Shown: one piece after another, positions 63,871-64,000 of the stretch
Position numbering within the stretch: the stretch's first letter is position 1
Layout: each line of letters starts with the position of its first letter
Assembly: GCF_009914755.1 (NCBI RefSeq)
Contig: NC_060926.1
Strand: one strand, 5' to 3'
From: the human T2T-CHM13v2.0 reference genome, Homo sapiens
DNA length: 64,000 bases
The notes under the pieces: generated by a model
Databases searched by the model: none
What the model was told of the DNA's origin: nothing
The model's input: only the letters and a program-made list of their open reading frames with translations
Program-made: the position numbers and the translations under genes

Positions 63871-64000
63871 ATATGGTGGAGAGATGAGGAGTTGGACCAA
63901 ATGGTCTTTAAGGGATATTTCCAACATCAACCTCTGGCAATTTCTATGACTGTCCTTAGCCCTTGCTTTCCCTCTTCCTATCTCATCTTTTTAAACCACT

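Overview
Primate (most likely human) genomic DNA, not prokaryotic. Two spliced coding exons on the - strand (26874-26956 and 12213-12404) encode the C-terminal ~90 residues of LDAH (C2orf43, lipid droplet-associated alpha/beta hydrolase), followed by a ~1.85 kb 3' UTR ending near 10365. Both exons are missed by the ORF track. From known gene order at human 2p24.1, 1 to ~4560 is probably the distal part of the long GDF7 3' UTR (+ strand), converging on LDAH. From ~27 kb onward the window is one LDAH intron dominated by transposon relics: a near-full-length dead L1PA6-like element, older L1MA/L1MC, Alus, MaLR/ERV LTRs and hAT/Tigger DNA elements. I find no evidence for a new protein-coding gene or a new multi-gene system. 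The best leads are: (i) several candidate cryptic or alternative LDAH exons that would all delete the catalytic Asp/His; (ii) an L1 antisense promoter/ORF0 pointing into the last two LDAH exons; (iii) a 44-nt retroposed mRNA 3' end with poly(A) signal, tail and target-site duplication (TSD); (iv) an L1 and an AluY inserted at the same endonuclease site, giving a triple TSD; (v) an unexplained 52-bp local duplication. Repeat subfamily names and LDAH residue numbers are from recall and were not checked against databases.
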